DNA of 63,903 bases, the filler included, from Octopus bimaculoides (taxonomy: Eukaryota): the NCBI RefSeq assembly GCF_001194135.2. It is 4 parts of 4 records of this genome, joined end to end, with 100 filler letters (N's around TTAATTAATTAA, not from the genome) between each part and the next. Parts side by side here need not be neighbours in the genome. Positions count along the whole stretch, not along the records: positions 28,248 to 59,008 come from NC_069009.1; positions 59,109 to 62,771 come from NC_068984.1; positions 62,872 to 63,903 come from NC_069010.1; 1 more part is not named here. The stretch is one strand, 5' to 3'. The notes below the pieces were generated by a model, which worked only from the letters and a program-made list of their open reading frames with translations, had not been told where the DNA came from and searched no databases. Every line of letters begins with the position of its first letter. Positions within the stretch are counted from its first letter, which is position 1. Shown here one piece after another: positions 50,020-62,879 of this stretch. The position numbers and the translations under genes were made by a program.

Positions 50020-50275
50020 ATATCAGGGTACAGCATGTTAGAAAATGAACTACAGACAATGGAACAAACACATAGGAAAACAGATAGCCACTAGAAATAA
50101 ATCCTTCATCAGCTGCCTCTATTCTAACTAGACGTTTCGTAGATAAGGCAGAACGTACTCTAGAATAGTCTCTTCTTGAGTAGTGGATCGACCCACTAAA
50201 CAGAGGATTCCAAGGTGGCAAACACAAACCAAGACAGGAAAAAAGGGACAGTGAAAACAACATTAAAAAGCTGTA
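50020..50275 (-). mobile_element. Penelope-like terminal-repeat remnant with decayed hammerhead halves
   Basis: The minus strand has ACTA-CTCAAGA...GAAACGTC-TAGT and a second CTGATGAAGGA without a following GAAA. Confidence 0.45.
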
Positions 50276-51921
50276 CGNNNNNNNNNNNNNNNNNNNNNNN
50301 NNNNNNNNNNNNNNNNNNNNNNNNNNNNNNNNNNNNNNNNNNNNNNNNNNNNNNNNNNNNNNNNNNNNNNNNNNNNNNNNNNNNNNNNNNNNNNNNNNNN
50401 NNNNNNNNNNNNNNNNNNNNNNNNNNNNNNNNNNNNNNNNNNNNNNNNNNNNNNNNNNNNNNNNNNNNNNNNNNNNNNNNNNNNNNNNNNNNNNNNNNNN
50501 NNNNNNNNNNNNNNNNNNNNNNNNNNNNNNNNNNNNNNNNNNNNNNNNNNNNNNNNNNNNNNNNNNNNNNNNNNNNNNNNNNNNNNNNNNNNNNNNNNNN
50601 NNNNNNNNNNNNNNNNNNNNNNNNNNNNNNNNNNNNNNNNNNNNNNNNNNNNNNNNNNNNNNNNNNNNNNNNNNNNNNNNNNNNNNNNNNNNNNNNNNNN
50701 NNNNNNNNNNNNNNNNNNNNNNNNNNNNNNNNNNNNNNNNNNNNNNNNNNNNNNNNNNNNNNNNNNNNNNNNNNNNNNNNNNNNNNNNNNNNNNNNNNNN
50801 NNNNNNNNNNNNNNNNNNNNNNNNNNNNNNNNNNNNNNNNNNNNNNNNNNNNNNNNNNNNNNNNNNNNNNNNNNNNNNNNNNNNNNNNNNNNNNNNNNNN
50901 NNNNNNNNNNNNNNNNNNNNNNNNNNNNNNNNNNNNNNNNNNNNNNNNNNNNGTTGGTGAAGGTGATGGTAATGGAGGTGGTGGCAGCGGCAGCGGTGGT
51001 GGTGGTGGTTGTGGTGGAGGTGATGGTAGTGGTGGTGGTTGTGGGGGAAGAGATAGCAGTGGTGGCTATTGTGGTGCTGGCGCTGGTAGTGGTGGTGGTG
51101 TTGGTGGAGGTGATAGCAGTGGTGGTGTTAGTGGTGGCGGCGATGGTGGTGGTGGTTGTGGTGGTGGTATGGCAATACATGCATTTTTGTATGATGTATG
51201 TGTGCGCGTAAGCTTTTGCCTGTGTACGTCACTGTGTGTAAGAATTCGGATGAGTGCATACATGCGTGTGTGTGTGTAAGAATACATATCTGTGTTGGTG
51301 TGTGTGAACATACACGTGTATACGCATACATGCCTGTTTGGATGTTTGTATATATGCCTACATGTCTGTGTGTGTGTGTGTGTTTATGCATGCATGTCTG
51401 TCTGTGTGTCCCCCTGTTCATGTGTCTATGAAGCATTGACAGTTTACACCCGAGAAGCGAGATTTCCTGCTTCACTTGTTAACAACTCGGGTGGAGAGAG
51501 AGAGAGAGAGGGAGAGGGAGAGAGAGAGAGACAGAGAGAGAGAGAAGGAGAGAGAGAGGGATTGTTGTGGTGGTGGTGGCGATGGTGGTGGTGGTGGTGG
51601 TGGTAGTGGTGGTNNNNNNNNNNNNNNNNNNNNNNNNNNNNNNNNNNNNNNNNNNNNNNNNNNNNNNNNNNNNNNNNNNNNNNNNNNNNNNNNNNNNNNN
51701 NNNNNNNNNNNNNNNNNNNNNNNNNNNNNNNNNNNNNNNNNNNNNNNNNNNNNNNNNNNNNNNNNNNNNNNNNNNNNNNNNNNNNNNNNNNNNNNNNNNN
51801 NNNNNNNNNNNNNNNNNNNNNNNNNNNNNTGAGAGGGGGGAGATGAGAGAGGTTAGAGAGGGATACAGAAGGGGAGGAGGGGAGAGAGTGAATTTAGTGT
51901 GCATTGCTTTGTCTTTCTATG

Positions 51922-51965
<44 letters not shown>

Positions 51966-52338
51966 CATGCTTAACAATGTGTATGTATGTATGCATGTGT
52001 AACGTGTGTGTGTATGTGTGCCTGTATAACTATGTATGTATATATGTAAAAGTCTGTCTTCCTCTGCATGTGTGTGTGTGATTGTGTATGTATATGTGAA
52101 CAGTTATGGCTGTGTGTCTATATATATGCATGTGTGCAAGTCTGTATGTCTGTATGTCTGTGTGCATATGTGTATATGTATGTGTGTGTGTATGTATGTG
52201 CATTTATGTGTGTGTGTGTGTGTGTGCGTGTGCGTGTTTGTGTGTGTGCATGACTGTATGTATATGTGTGTGTGTTTATAGCTGTGTATGTTATGTGTGT
52301 GCATGCATAACTGAATGTGTATGTGTATGTATGAAAAA

Positions 52339-52374
<36 letters not shown>

Positions 52375-52832
52375 ATGATTGTGTGTATATGTGTGTATGT
52401 ATAACAGTGTGTGTGTGTATGCATGAATAACTGTGTATGTGTATGCTTGTATGACTACATATGTATATTTATAAGTCTGTGTCTATGTATGTGTGTGTGT
52501 GTGTGTATGATTGTGTGTGTATATGATTGTGTGTGTATATGTGTGCATATGTAACTCTGTTTTATGTATGTGTATATATCTATCTATATCTATATATGTT
52601 TAAGTGTGAGTGAATGTGTATGTGTGTGTGTGCATGTATAACTGTGTATATATGGTGTGTGTATGTATAACTATGTATTTGTGTGTGTGCATTAGTAGCT
52701 GTGTGTGAGTGTGTGTGTTTGTATGATTGTGTATGTATATGTGTGCTGTATAAGTATGTATGTGTAAATATGTGTGTGTAAAGGTCTGTGTGCCTCTGTG
52801 TATGTATGTGCACATATGTAAATGTACAACTC

Positions 52833-52887
<55 letters not shown>

Positions 52888-54142
52888 ATATATATGTGTG
52901 TATGAATATATGTATATGTGTCTGTATATGTAAATGTGGATGTATCATCATGTCTATATGTGCGTGTACTTGTATAAGTTTGTATGCCTGTGTGTATGTA
53001 TATATATATATATATATATGTGTGTGCATGTATAACTGTATGTATGTGTGTATAGATGTGCATGTGTGCATATGCAAATATAACTGTGTGTGTATATATA
53101 TATATATATGTGTGTGTGTGCATGTCCATGTATAACTACATGTATATGTGTGGGTGTATAACTGTTTATGTTTGTATAGATCTGGGTGTATAAATGTGTA
53201 TATATGTACGTGTATAACCGTTTTTGTATAGAAATAACACTGTATATCTGTATGTGTATATATTTATATATACATAACTGTGTGTGTGTGTGTGTGAGCA
53301 CATGTATAATTGTGTCTGTATGTATGTATAACTACATGTATGTTTATGATAGTGTATAACTATGTGTGTATATATGTGCATGTGTGGATATATAACTGTA
53401 TGTGTGTACGGCTGTGTGCATATATAATTGCATATGTATGTGTATGTGAATATAAGTACAAATGATGGTGGTGGTGGTGATGGTGTTGGTGGTAGTGGTG
53501 GTGGCAGTGGCAATGGTGGTGGTGATGGTAGTGGTGGTGGCGGTGGTGGCGGTGATGGTAGTGCTGGTAGTGGCAGTGGTGGTGGTGGGGGTAGTTGTTC
53601 TTGTGCTGNNNNNNNNNNNNNNNNNNNNNNNNNNNNNNNNNNNNNNNNNNNNNNNNNNNNNNNNNNNNNNNNNNNNNNNNNNNNNNNNNNNNNNNNNNNN
53701 NNNNNNNNNNNNNNNNNNNNNNNNNNNNNNNNNNNNNNNNNNNNNNNNNNNNNNNNNNNNNNNNNNNNNNNNNNNNNNNNNNNNNNNNNNNNNNNNNNNN
53801 NNNNNNNNNNNNNNNNNNNNNNNNNNNNNNNNNNNNNNNNNNNNNNNNNNNNNNNNNNNNNNNNNNNNNNNNNNNNNNNNNNNNNNNNNNNNNNNNNNNN
53901 NNNNNNNNNNNNNNNNNNNNNNNNNNNNNNNNNNNNNNNNNNNNNNNNNNNNNNNNNNNNNNNNNNNNNNNNNNNNNNNNNNNNNNNNNNNNNNNNNNNN
54001 NNNNNNNNNNNNNNNNNNNNNNNNNNNNNNNNNNNNNNNNNNNNNNNNNNNNNNNNNNNNNNNNNNNNNNNNNNNNNNNNNNNNNNNNNNNNNNNNNNNN
54101 NNNNNNNNNNNNNNNNNNNNNNNNNNNNNNNNNNNNNNNNNN

Positions 54143-54174
<32 letters not shown>

Positions 54175-55991
54175 ACATATATATAGGATATATATGTGTG
54201 TGTATATGTATGTATGTGTGTGTGTCTTCATGTATGTTCTTGTTAATGTTGTGTCTTGTATATGCACGCATATATTTATTTGTATGCATTTGTCTGTATA
54301 TGCATGTGTATACATGCACTTTTCAATAGTACATATGTGTATACGTATGCAAGTGTATATATATATATATGTGAATATATATACATATGTGTATATAAAT
54401 ATGTGTGTATGCATGTATATGCATTTGTGTGTTATATGTGTGTCTATGTGCTTGTATATGTGCGTAATTTTTATATATATATGCATGCATGTATGTATAA
54501 TCATGTGTATGCATGCACTTGTGTTATATATATATATATATATATATATATAGATATACACATACATGTGTGTAAAGTGCAGCAAAAATACCCCTACCGC
54601 CATCCACTCCACTCCCCCTTGCATTCCACCCATCACCCTTGCCCCGCATTCCACCCGATTCCCCTTCCCCACCGTTTCACTTGCCACCCGGCTCCGCTGA
54701 TGATAACAATGTGTTAGAGGGTGGAATGTAGGGGGTGGGGGTGTATATCTGCTGCAGCACATGCATACATGCACATGTGTATGTATACATGTGCATGAAC
54801 ATGTGCATATACATACATGTATGTGATTTTATGGTTCAGAATGTATCTATAGATACGCATGCATCCTTGCATATTTGTGCATAGATGCACATATACATGT
54901 GTGAATGTAAATGCATGAATGTGTACGCATGCTGGCATGCATGTGTGTCTGAGTGCTCCATGGTCACATATGCATATCTGATACTATCGGTGTGAGCATA
55001 CATGTGCATGCAAGTGCATCAATGTGCAGGAATCTAGATGCACGAATATGCATGTTTGCATGTGCGCAAGTTCTTCACGTTTGCATATGCATGTCAGATA
55101 TGTATCACTGTGTGGATACATGTGCATGTATGTGCAGGAATGTAGCTGCATGCCTGCATGTGAGCATTTCATGTGTGCTGCATAATTGCTACATGACTGT
55201 ACATGCAAATCTACAGAGTTGTGCAGTTGCATGCGTTCGTGAAATGCAAGTGTGTATATTTGTGGATGTATATTTATACATGTGTATGTTACCTCCATCA
55301 TCATCATCATCGCCATATTGTTGGTACCATTTCCATCTCCACCACTACCACCATTGTGGCCAACAAAACTGCAACCGACCAATTCAGATACCATTAACAC
55401 CATCGCAGCAACTGCCCTCATCACCACCTCCGCCATAATTGCTAATGCCACCAACATCACCACCACACCCATCATCACAACTACCATCACCACAACCTTC
55501 CCCATCACCACCAACACCACCACCACCAATGTCACCATCATCACCACCACCACTACCACCATCCCAACCAACACCATCACCATCATCACCATCACCACCG
55601 CCAACACCATTATCACCATCATCACCACCGCCACCACCATCAACACCAACACCACCATCGCCACCATCACCATCACTACCACCACCGCCACCATCACCAT
55701 CACTACCACCACCACCACCACCACTACCATCACCACCTCCACCATCACCGTCACCACTATCACCACCATGACTACCACCACCATCGCCACCACCACCATC
55801 ACTACCTCCACCATCACCACCACTACACACCCTCTGGTTGTATTTGTGTGTGCATACATTCACACACACACACATATATACCTACATGCATATATGCATT
55901 GTATATACATACCCATATATACTCATCTATATATGCATACGCATACATACAGTTATACATTGAGCATATGAACATATACATTTGCACTTAT

Positions 55992-56038
<47 letters not shown>

Positions 56039-56109
56039 AGGATGTTGCAGAGTTCCTATCTTTAAGGGCATCACGAAAGGCCTGGTTGGAAGCCCAACGT
56101 TTCGAGTTA

Positions 56110-56250
56110 TTTTATAGGGGTTAGGAAAACTGAAGGGCTGCTACAATAAATGTGCGAATCTTAGAGGGGAATATATTGAATAAAATCATAATTAACTGAA
56201 CCCCTTGTATTTTCTTTTATCCAAACCCAGGAACTTTCAGCCCCCTGTGA
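56110..56250 (+). mobile_element. Mariner-type 3' terminus
   Basis: Homologous to 13490-13634. Confidence 0.6.
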
Positions 56251-56424
56251 TATATGCATACATAAATATATACATACATAAATATATACATACATNNNNN
56301 NNNNNNNNNNNNNNNNNNNNNNNNNNNNNNNNNNNNNNNNNNNNNNNNNNNNNNNNNNNNNNNNNNNNNNNNNNNNNNNNNNNNNNNNNNNNNNNNNNNN
56401 NNNNNNNNNNNNNNNNNNNNNNAT

Positions 56425-56935
56425 AAAAAACATTTCAGTACCGGTTTCAGTCATTGAGAATTTTTCAACTGTAAAAATTAAAAGAAAAGTTTTTTAAAAG
56501 AATATTTGCATAGCATTCTAATACAAGGGGCATTTTTCTTGTCTCTGTCTCTCTTGTTTACTCTTGTGGGTTCAAGGTCGTTGTGAATTCTTGGCAGAGA
56601 AGAAGAAGGAGAAAGAGGAGAATAATAAGGGAATGTGGGTGGTATGATAGTAGTAGGATGTTAAATGGTCAAGTGACCTAAAAGTGGCTAATTGTGGATT
56701 ATAGCAGTGATTCGGACTGTTTTTAAATGAATTCTTGGGAATCTCTTGAATATATCATTTTTAATATTTGCGTGTGTGTTTGTGTTATTCTAAGGCCATG
56801 GTAGATATGTCGTTTGTTGTAGACGCATTCAAAAGGGGTTTGTATTTTGTAATAAAGAGAGTCTCTTTACTAATTCGTTGGCTACAGGTTGTATCGTCCC
56901 TGAATTGGTAGAGGGGAAAAATTCTGAAGCTTTAC
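56425..56935 (-). mobile_element. Penelope-like GIY-YIG C-terminus and 3' region
   Basis: FRIFPLYQFRDDTTCSQRISKETLFITKYKPLLN is homologous to the end of the element at 2330-3330, and both share the GAAACCGGTA tail motif. Confidence 0.75.
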
Positions 56936-57055
56936 AGAAAAGATTAAGTACTGGGGTCGACTCATTTGACTAAAATTCTTCAAGGCAGTGCCCCAGCATG
57001 GCCACAGTCTAAAGACTGAAACAAATAAAGGAATAAAAGATTACATATATATGTA

Positions 57056-57250
57056 TACAGTAACCCCTTGACTATCGTAGGTATTATGTTCCAAAAGCCC
57101 CTGCAATGGGTGAAAATCCGCAAATTAGAAACAGCACTGTATATTTTTTTTATTATATTTTATCATTTGTATATATTTGTTTTATTACAAATGTAAAACA
57201 ACACCATGGAGGAATGGACATAAGCTTAAATAAGAAACTGCAATACAGCA
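57056..57250 (+). mobile_element. pogo/Tigger-type terminal fragment
   Basis: TA-CAGTAACCCCTTGACTATCG...ttccaaaagcccctgc..gtgaaaatccgc is typical of Tigger-like ends. Confidence 0.5.
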
Positions 57251-57274
57251 AGGAATTACTATATATTCTTTTAT

Positions 57275-57908
57275 TCTTTTCTTTTATTTGTTTCAGTCAT
57301 TTGACTGTGGCCATGTTGGAGCACTGCTTTTAGTCGAGCAAATCGACCCCACAACTTATTATTTGCAAGCCTAGTACTTATTCTGTCGGTCTTTTTGCCG
57401 AACTGCTAAGTTACGGAGACGTAAACACACCAGCATCAGTTGTCAAGCAATGGTGAGGGGGGACAAACACAGACATGCAGACATACACACACACATATAT
57501 ACATATTCGCCATGATAGATCGCTGACCACTACGCACATTTTTCTCTCCTTTTTTTTCTCTCCTTGTTTCTCTCCTTGTTTCTTTCTGTGTTCCTTTCTG
57601 TGGAAGAGCGTAGGCTCGAAACGTTAAAGACTTTTTCAATTCCCGAGCATTATACTAATACATCTATTTGTTTTCTACACCACCTGTCTTCGTCTGTTGT
57701 TTTTTTGAGAATTCTCCTTATTTATATATATATGTATGTATATACAATGGGCTTCTTTCAGGTTCCGTCTATCAATTCCACTCACAAGGCTTTGGTCGGC
57801 CTGAGGCTATAGTAGAAGACACTTGCCCAATGTGACACACAGTGGGACTGAACCCGGAACCATGTGGCTGGTAAGCAAGCTACTTACTACACAGCCGCGC
57901 CTGAGCCT
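57275..57908 (-). mobile_element. SINE family A, split by a Penelope-type terminal piece (about 57500-57745)
   Basis: Tail at 57275-57500 and head at 57745-57908, both reverse complements of family A. Confidence 0.8.
57594..57629 (+). ncRNA. Hammerhead-like motif with A6U core variant
   Basis: CTTT/AAAG; CTGTGGA plus A; GAGC-GTAG-GCTC; GAAA; AACGTT palindrome; GUU triplet. Confidence 0.55.
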
Positions 57909-58136
57909 ATATATACTTATTTATTCATAATTATTAACAAGGAGAGTTGAGTGAAAAAATTCTTTTATTATATGCATTTACAATTGTTTCACCATCATTC
58001 ACACTCAAGAGTATTCTTGTACTATTGTCGTATATGCAACTATAGACTTAAGATGTATCATTAAACCAATACAATTGAATGCCAATTCATCAGAATCTTT
58101 GTCCACTTTGTTTGTAAATAATAATATTAGTTAATA

Positions 58137-58296
58137 GGCGCAGGAGTGGCTGTATGGTAAGTAGCTTGCTTACCAACTACATGGTTCCGAGTTCAGTTCC
58201 ACTGCGTGGCACCTGGGACAAGTGTCTTCTACTATAGCCTCAGGCCGACTAAAGCCTTGAGTGGATTTGGTAGATGGAAACTGAAAGAAGCCCATC

Positions 58297-58352
<56 letters not shown>

Positions 58353-58563
58353 ATGTGTGTTTGTGTGTCTGTGTTTGTCCTCCCATCATCGCTTGACAAC
58401 CATTGCTGGTGTGTTTATGTCCTGTAACGTAGTGGTTCAGCAAAAAGTGACCAATAGAATAAGTACTAGGCTTACAAAGTATAAGTCCTGGGGTCAATTT
58501 GCTTGACTAAAGGCGGTGCTCCAGCATGGCCGCAGTGAAATGACTGAAACAAGTAAAAGAGTA
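58137..58563 (+). mobile_element. Full-length SINE family A
   Basis: ggcgcaggagtggctgtatggtaagtagc...gactgaaacaagtaaaagagtaaag. Confidence 0.85.
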
Positions 58564-58934
58564 AAGTGTATTCTACAAATAATATGGATTTTCAGATATA
58601 TGATCTGTAAAGAAATCGACTATTGACTTATAGTCACATCTGATAGCCTGTACCTGTTGATCAGCTTAAAAGAGTAAACTGCAGAGTTAACACCTGAAGG
58701 AAATTGATGTGTGTGTGTGTGTGTGAGTAGATTATTTGAAATGGTGTTCACATTTTGTATATTAAGAAAAAGGTGGTAGACAGAATTTTGGATAATTATT
58801 TATTTAGTGCTTTGATCTTGTTTTGGAGAATCATTAGAAATAATGTCTGGTGATTCATATCTTATGATTCTCTGAAACAAGATGAACGTGTTAAATAAAT
58901 GATTATCCCAAATTCTGACAACCCATTTTCCTTA

Positions 58935-59008
<74 letters not shown>

Positions 59009-59126
59009 NNNNNNNNNNNNNNNNNNNNNNNNNNNNNNNNNNNNNNNNNNNNTTAATTAATTAANNNNNNNNNNNNNNNNNNNNNNNNNNNNNNNNNNNN
59101 NNNNNNNNAAAAAAAAAACAGTTGTA

Positions 59127-59420
59127 ATGCACCAACCTGCTTGTGGTGTTGCTTGTAACCCCACTAAAATTTTTGCTAAGGATAAGTTACTTGAGGTTGT
59201 TGATTCGTTCATCTACTTTGGAAGCTCTGTTAAAAATGATGGAAATCTTGATACAGAAATACAGCTGCGAATTCAAAGAGCAGTAAAGGCATTTGGTGGC
59301 TTGGAGTCACGCGTTTGGTGCCAGCGACATATCAATAAGAAAACAAAGCTGGCTCTTTACAAATCATTTGTCTTACCCTCTTGTATCCCTGATGTATTCC
59401 TGTGAAACTTGGACACGCGA
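59127..59420 (+). mobile_element. RTE/BovB-like RT C-terminal fragment
   Basis: LEVVDSFIYFGSSVKNDGNLDTEIQLRIQRAVKAFGGLESRVW..INKKTKLALYKSFVLP; LMYSCETWT. Confidence 0.85.
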
Positions 59421-59579
59421 TCGGGCAGTTTCATTGAATCTGTTTTTACAACACAGTAAATTACTTTTCCCCCTCTAAAACATCATCTACACAGTCGAAA
59501 TATTATAACAAGTATAGTTCTATGTTGGATCCCATTATACGCAATAACATGCTCATTTTTTCTTTTTCTTTTTCTTTTA

Positions 59580-60440
59580 CACAATTACAAAACATCACTT
59601 ATTACTGTGGTAATCACTATTCAAACTGAGTCAAAACTTCAAGGCTACAACCACCTTTCGATCCTATTGTTTCTGAGAAAATTTCATCCAGTCTTACCTT
59701 AGGCTATAACGAGTTCAAGTTGACGTCTCTTCCCGTGTAGTAGATATCTCTCATGTACTTGTCTTTTAACTTGTGATAATTCTCCTTCTACATGAGGGAA
59801 CACCTTACACTCGGGTGTATAACCCGTTACAATCCTTCGTGTCCACTTCTATATCAGAGTTCACTATCTCAACATCTTTTTTATTGAAACCTTTACACTG
59901 CTGTATAGAACGATAAGGTACCTTTTCCTGGATGGGGGATTAGGAATTTGTGGTTCTTGTGTGCTTGCATTATTTGTGCTCATATCTGGTGGGGCAAGGA
60001 GAGGGCTGGTGTCTGTAGGGGGAGATGGTTTTGGGTGTGGGGCGGGAGGGGAGGGACGGGAATGGGTTGGGGTTCTTCCTTGCTGGTATGCTGTTTTCTT
60101 CTTGCCCACCTCTGTCCATTCTGTTTATTTTTCTTTTTGTACTCCTAGTTTTTCGTTTCCATCCTTCTCAGTTCCTGGTGTTACGACTGTCGAAGACGCG
60201 GTCTCCACTGGATCTTCTTTTGGTCCTTCTACGGGGAGTGGGGAAGCACTTGACCTGACAAGTGTGACAGGTTGTACTGGGTTACACGTTACCATTAGCG
60301 CCCAAGAACGACCTGACCTTGTAGTGATGGAGGCATTGCGACCCTCTGATAAGCACATTATCACATATCGAAACCGTGTTACGTCCAGCCACACGTATTT
60401 TTTTATTTGGTTCTTCTGATCTCACTATTTTTTTCATTTT
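59580..60440 (-). mobile_element. Decayed L1/Tx1-like ORF1 fragment (copy 2)
   Basis: DNA-level similarity of 59860-60140 to 61740-62040; eroded knuckle QCLHHYKVRSF. Confidence 0.55.
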
Positions 60441-60494
60441 TACGATAAATTTCGTCCGTCTCTGCTTCAATTTTTATTTCCTCCAATGACGTTC

Positions 60495-61563
60495 ATTTTT
60501 CCTTTTTCTTACCCCTTTCTTAAGATTCGCGTCATACCTTAAATTTATGATCCTCAGGCATTCTTCAGCCACTGCTGTAGAGTTAAATGTTGGTTCTGTT
60601 CTAATTTTGTTAATATACGGGAACGTATATCAGTATCTTTTCTTGCTGTCAACCCTTGAACAAAAATCAGACATATGAACAACTCCAGGGTTAATTCATT
60701 TAATTTGAATTTTTCACACTCTCTGTTAACTACCCCAATATAGGTGACGAAATCTTCATAGTCTTTTTTAACTAAATTTTAACATTACCAACAAGTATTG
60801 AACAGTGAACTTCTTTCACTGAAAATTCTTGATAACAAATTAACTGTTTCATAAAAACAAATCTCACTGATTTCTTCGGCGGAATATAGTTACAGTATTT
60901 TTCGTGTTCGGCAGGGGATAACTTTCTTAAAAGTAGTCGTACTTTCTTCTCGTCGTTCCAATTTTTACATTCTTCTTCGAAGATTTCTTCGTATCTTCTA
61001 AAATATGAAGAAAAAGTAGTACCCTCTTCTGGATTATAATTAAATTCTCCAATTGAATTTGCTACGCTGTCTGACGAGAGCGAACCTGAAGTATTTTCAA
61101 CATTACTTCCAGTAACTGTTGGTATTGCTGTTGTTGCTGTTGCAACTGTACCACTTGTGCCAACAAATCTTCCATGTTAAATAATTATTTCTTTGGTTTC
61201 ATACAAAAAAAAAAAAAAATTAAACGTCCTACGCAAGCTTCGAATATCTGGTCGCTACTTTTATATCCTGCCACAGGTGGGAATAGAAAATCATGCATAG
61301 GAGGTTTAGTCAATGTGTTCACCCGACGTATTTCGCGAGACTACCAAAACGCTCTCTTTCTTTTATTGGTTACACAGGGCCTAACACAGAGGGGACAGTA
61401 CATGGTCGGGACATAAAAAAAAAACCGGATGGAAAGGATGAATTAGATAAAATGATAAATGAAATGAAGCCGTTCGGCCCCACCTCTGAGCAACTTCATT
61501 GAACCTATTTAATACAGCTTCTTTTTAAAACATTATTTGTAACAGTTTAAAACATTTGTAACA
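60495..61563 (-). mobile_element. Ty3/Gypsy (Mag-like) 5' stub: LTR, PBS and gag
   Basis: Gag from the ATG at 61175: MEDLLAQVVQLQQQQ..SIGEFNYNPEEGTTFSSYFRRYEEIF..KVRLLLRKLSPAEHEKYCNYI..VNRECEKFKL..FICLIFVQGL..DIRSRILTKLE. LTR about 61259-61563 starting TGTTA with AATAAA. Degenerate PBS TAGCGACCAGATA at 61245-61257. Confidence 0.85.
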
Positions 61564-61569
61564 GTTAGC

Positions 61570-62770
61570 TTCCATCTTTCTGAAGAGTGTCTATGTTAAA
61601 TTTCTTCAAAAGTTCAAGATAGCTTACCCATTCAGGTATTGTGCTGGTGTTCATTTTCTTGACCCACCACTCAAAGTCCTCCTCATAATCTTTTACGCAC
61701 AATGAATGTACCCGGGCAACCCCCTAACTTCTGTTATATTCACTTTTATCGCTCTGTCCCACGAGTCTATCCCATTATAAAGTTTTTCATTTTGTCCGTT
61801 GTACAGTATATTTTTCTAACAGGGCAAGGGTGGGGAAGTTTGGGGTTCCTGTGTGCTTGTGCTTGTCTTTGTGTCAGGTGGGGCATGAAAAGGGTTGGTG
61901 TCTGTAGGAGGAGGTTAGAGTAGAGTGGGGATGGGTTGGAGTCGGGTGGGTGTGGGATGGGGGCATCATTTACAAAGTGTGCTGTTTTCCTTCTATTTTT
62001 TCCATCCGTTTCCCATCCGTTCTTTTCCTCATTCACCTCCTCTTCCTTGGCGCTGGTACAGATTTTCGTCGGTGGTGAAGTCACGATTTCCTTCCTGCTT
62101 TCGGATTTCTCTTTAGTCTTCACGAGTGGCGGAGAACAGTCCACTCTAATGTGGCCTTTCAGGCCACATTTATAGCATCGCGGGATCCTGCCTTCTACTC
62201 TGACCTCTTCGACCGTGATGGTCTTGACCATGTTTTCAAGGTCTTCCGGGGCCGCCTGGATTATCATATCTAGGCTCTGCCAGTTCTTATGGGGCATTCT
62301 GATGGCCTGGAGGACCTTCCGTGCCCAACAGTATGGCAGCTGCTAGCCAGACAACATCAATTTCTGGGGGTATATCTTCTACCCTAACCCTGGAAGCACG
62401 CCCTTCAAGGTTTATGGGTAGAAGCACCACTTTATCCGTTTTTAAGGGTGTTGCCGAATGTAGCCTAGCAGTAGCCACCTCCCGGAAATGCATTTCCACC
62501 GTTCTAAACTTTCTTCCTCTGGCAAGGTAAGAAATCTCTTGCCAGATTGGTTTTAATGTCTTTTCGACTTGAGCGGTCGACATGATTTCAATTTTCCTTG
62601 TTGTTGCCGAGTACGTCCTGTAAATAATGTTTTTTTCTTTTTTTTACTTTTAAAACTTCTTGGTGGTGGTGGTGGGAGGACACTTTTATGTCGTCCCCCT
62701 GCCTTTTATGCATTTCTACCCAACTCCCCCGGATACACGTCTTCGCTTTTCTCTTTCACCGCCTCTGCAT
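61570..62770 (-). mobile_element. L1/Tx1-like ORF1 with CCHC zinc knuckle (copy 1), frameshifted
   Basis: IIYRTYSATTRKIEIMSTAQVEK..RGRKFRTVEMHF..RVRVEDIPPEIDVVWL; VRVEGRIPRCYKCGLKGHIRVDC. Confidence 0.75.
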
Positions 62771-62879
62771 ANNNNNNNNNNNNNNNNNNNNNNNNNNNNN
62801 NNNNNNNNNNNNNNNTTAATTAATTAANNNNNNNNNNNNNNNNNNNNNNNNNNNNNNNNNNNNNNNNNNNNTATATATA

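Noticed and set aside
55252-55971. Mucin-like Thr/Ile-rich ORF and the Gly/Val-rich ORFs at 38.2, 44.4-45.3, 51 and 53.5 kb
   Set aside because: Degenerate (ACC)n/(GGT)n microsatellites are open in several frames on both strands and have no exon context.
5321-56454. Long ORFs in the track that span N gaps or (AT)n/(CA)n/(GT)n runs (YIYI, CVCV, HTHT)
   Set aside because: They are open only because Ns and dinucleotide repeats lack stop codons.
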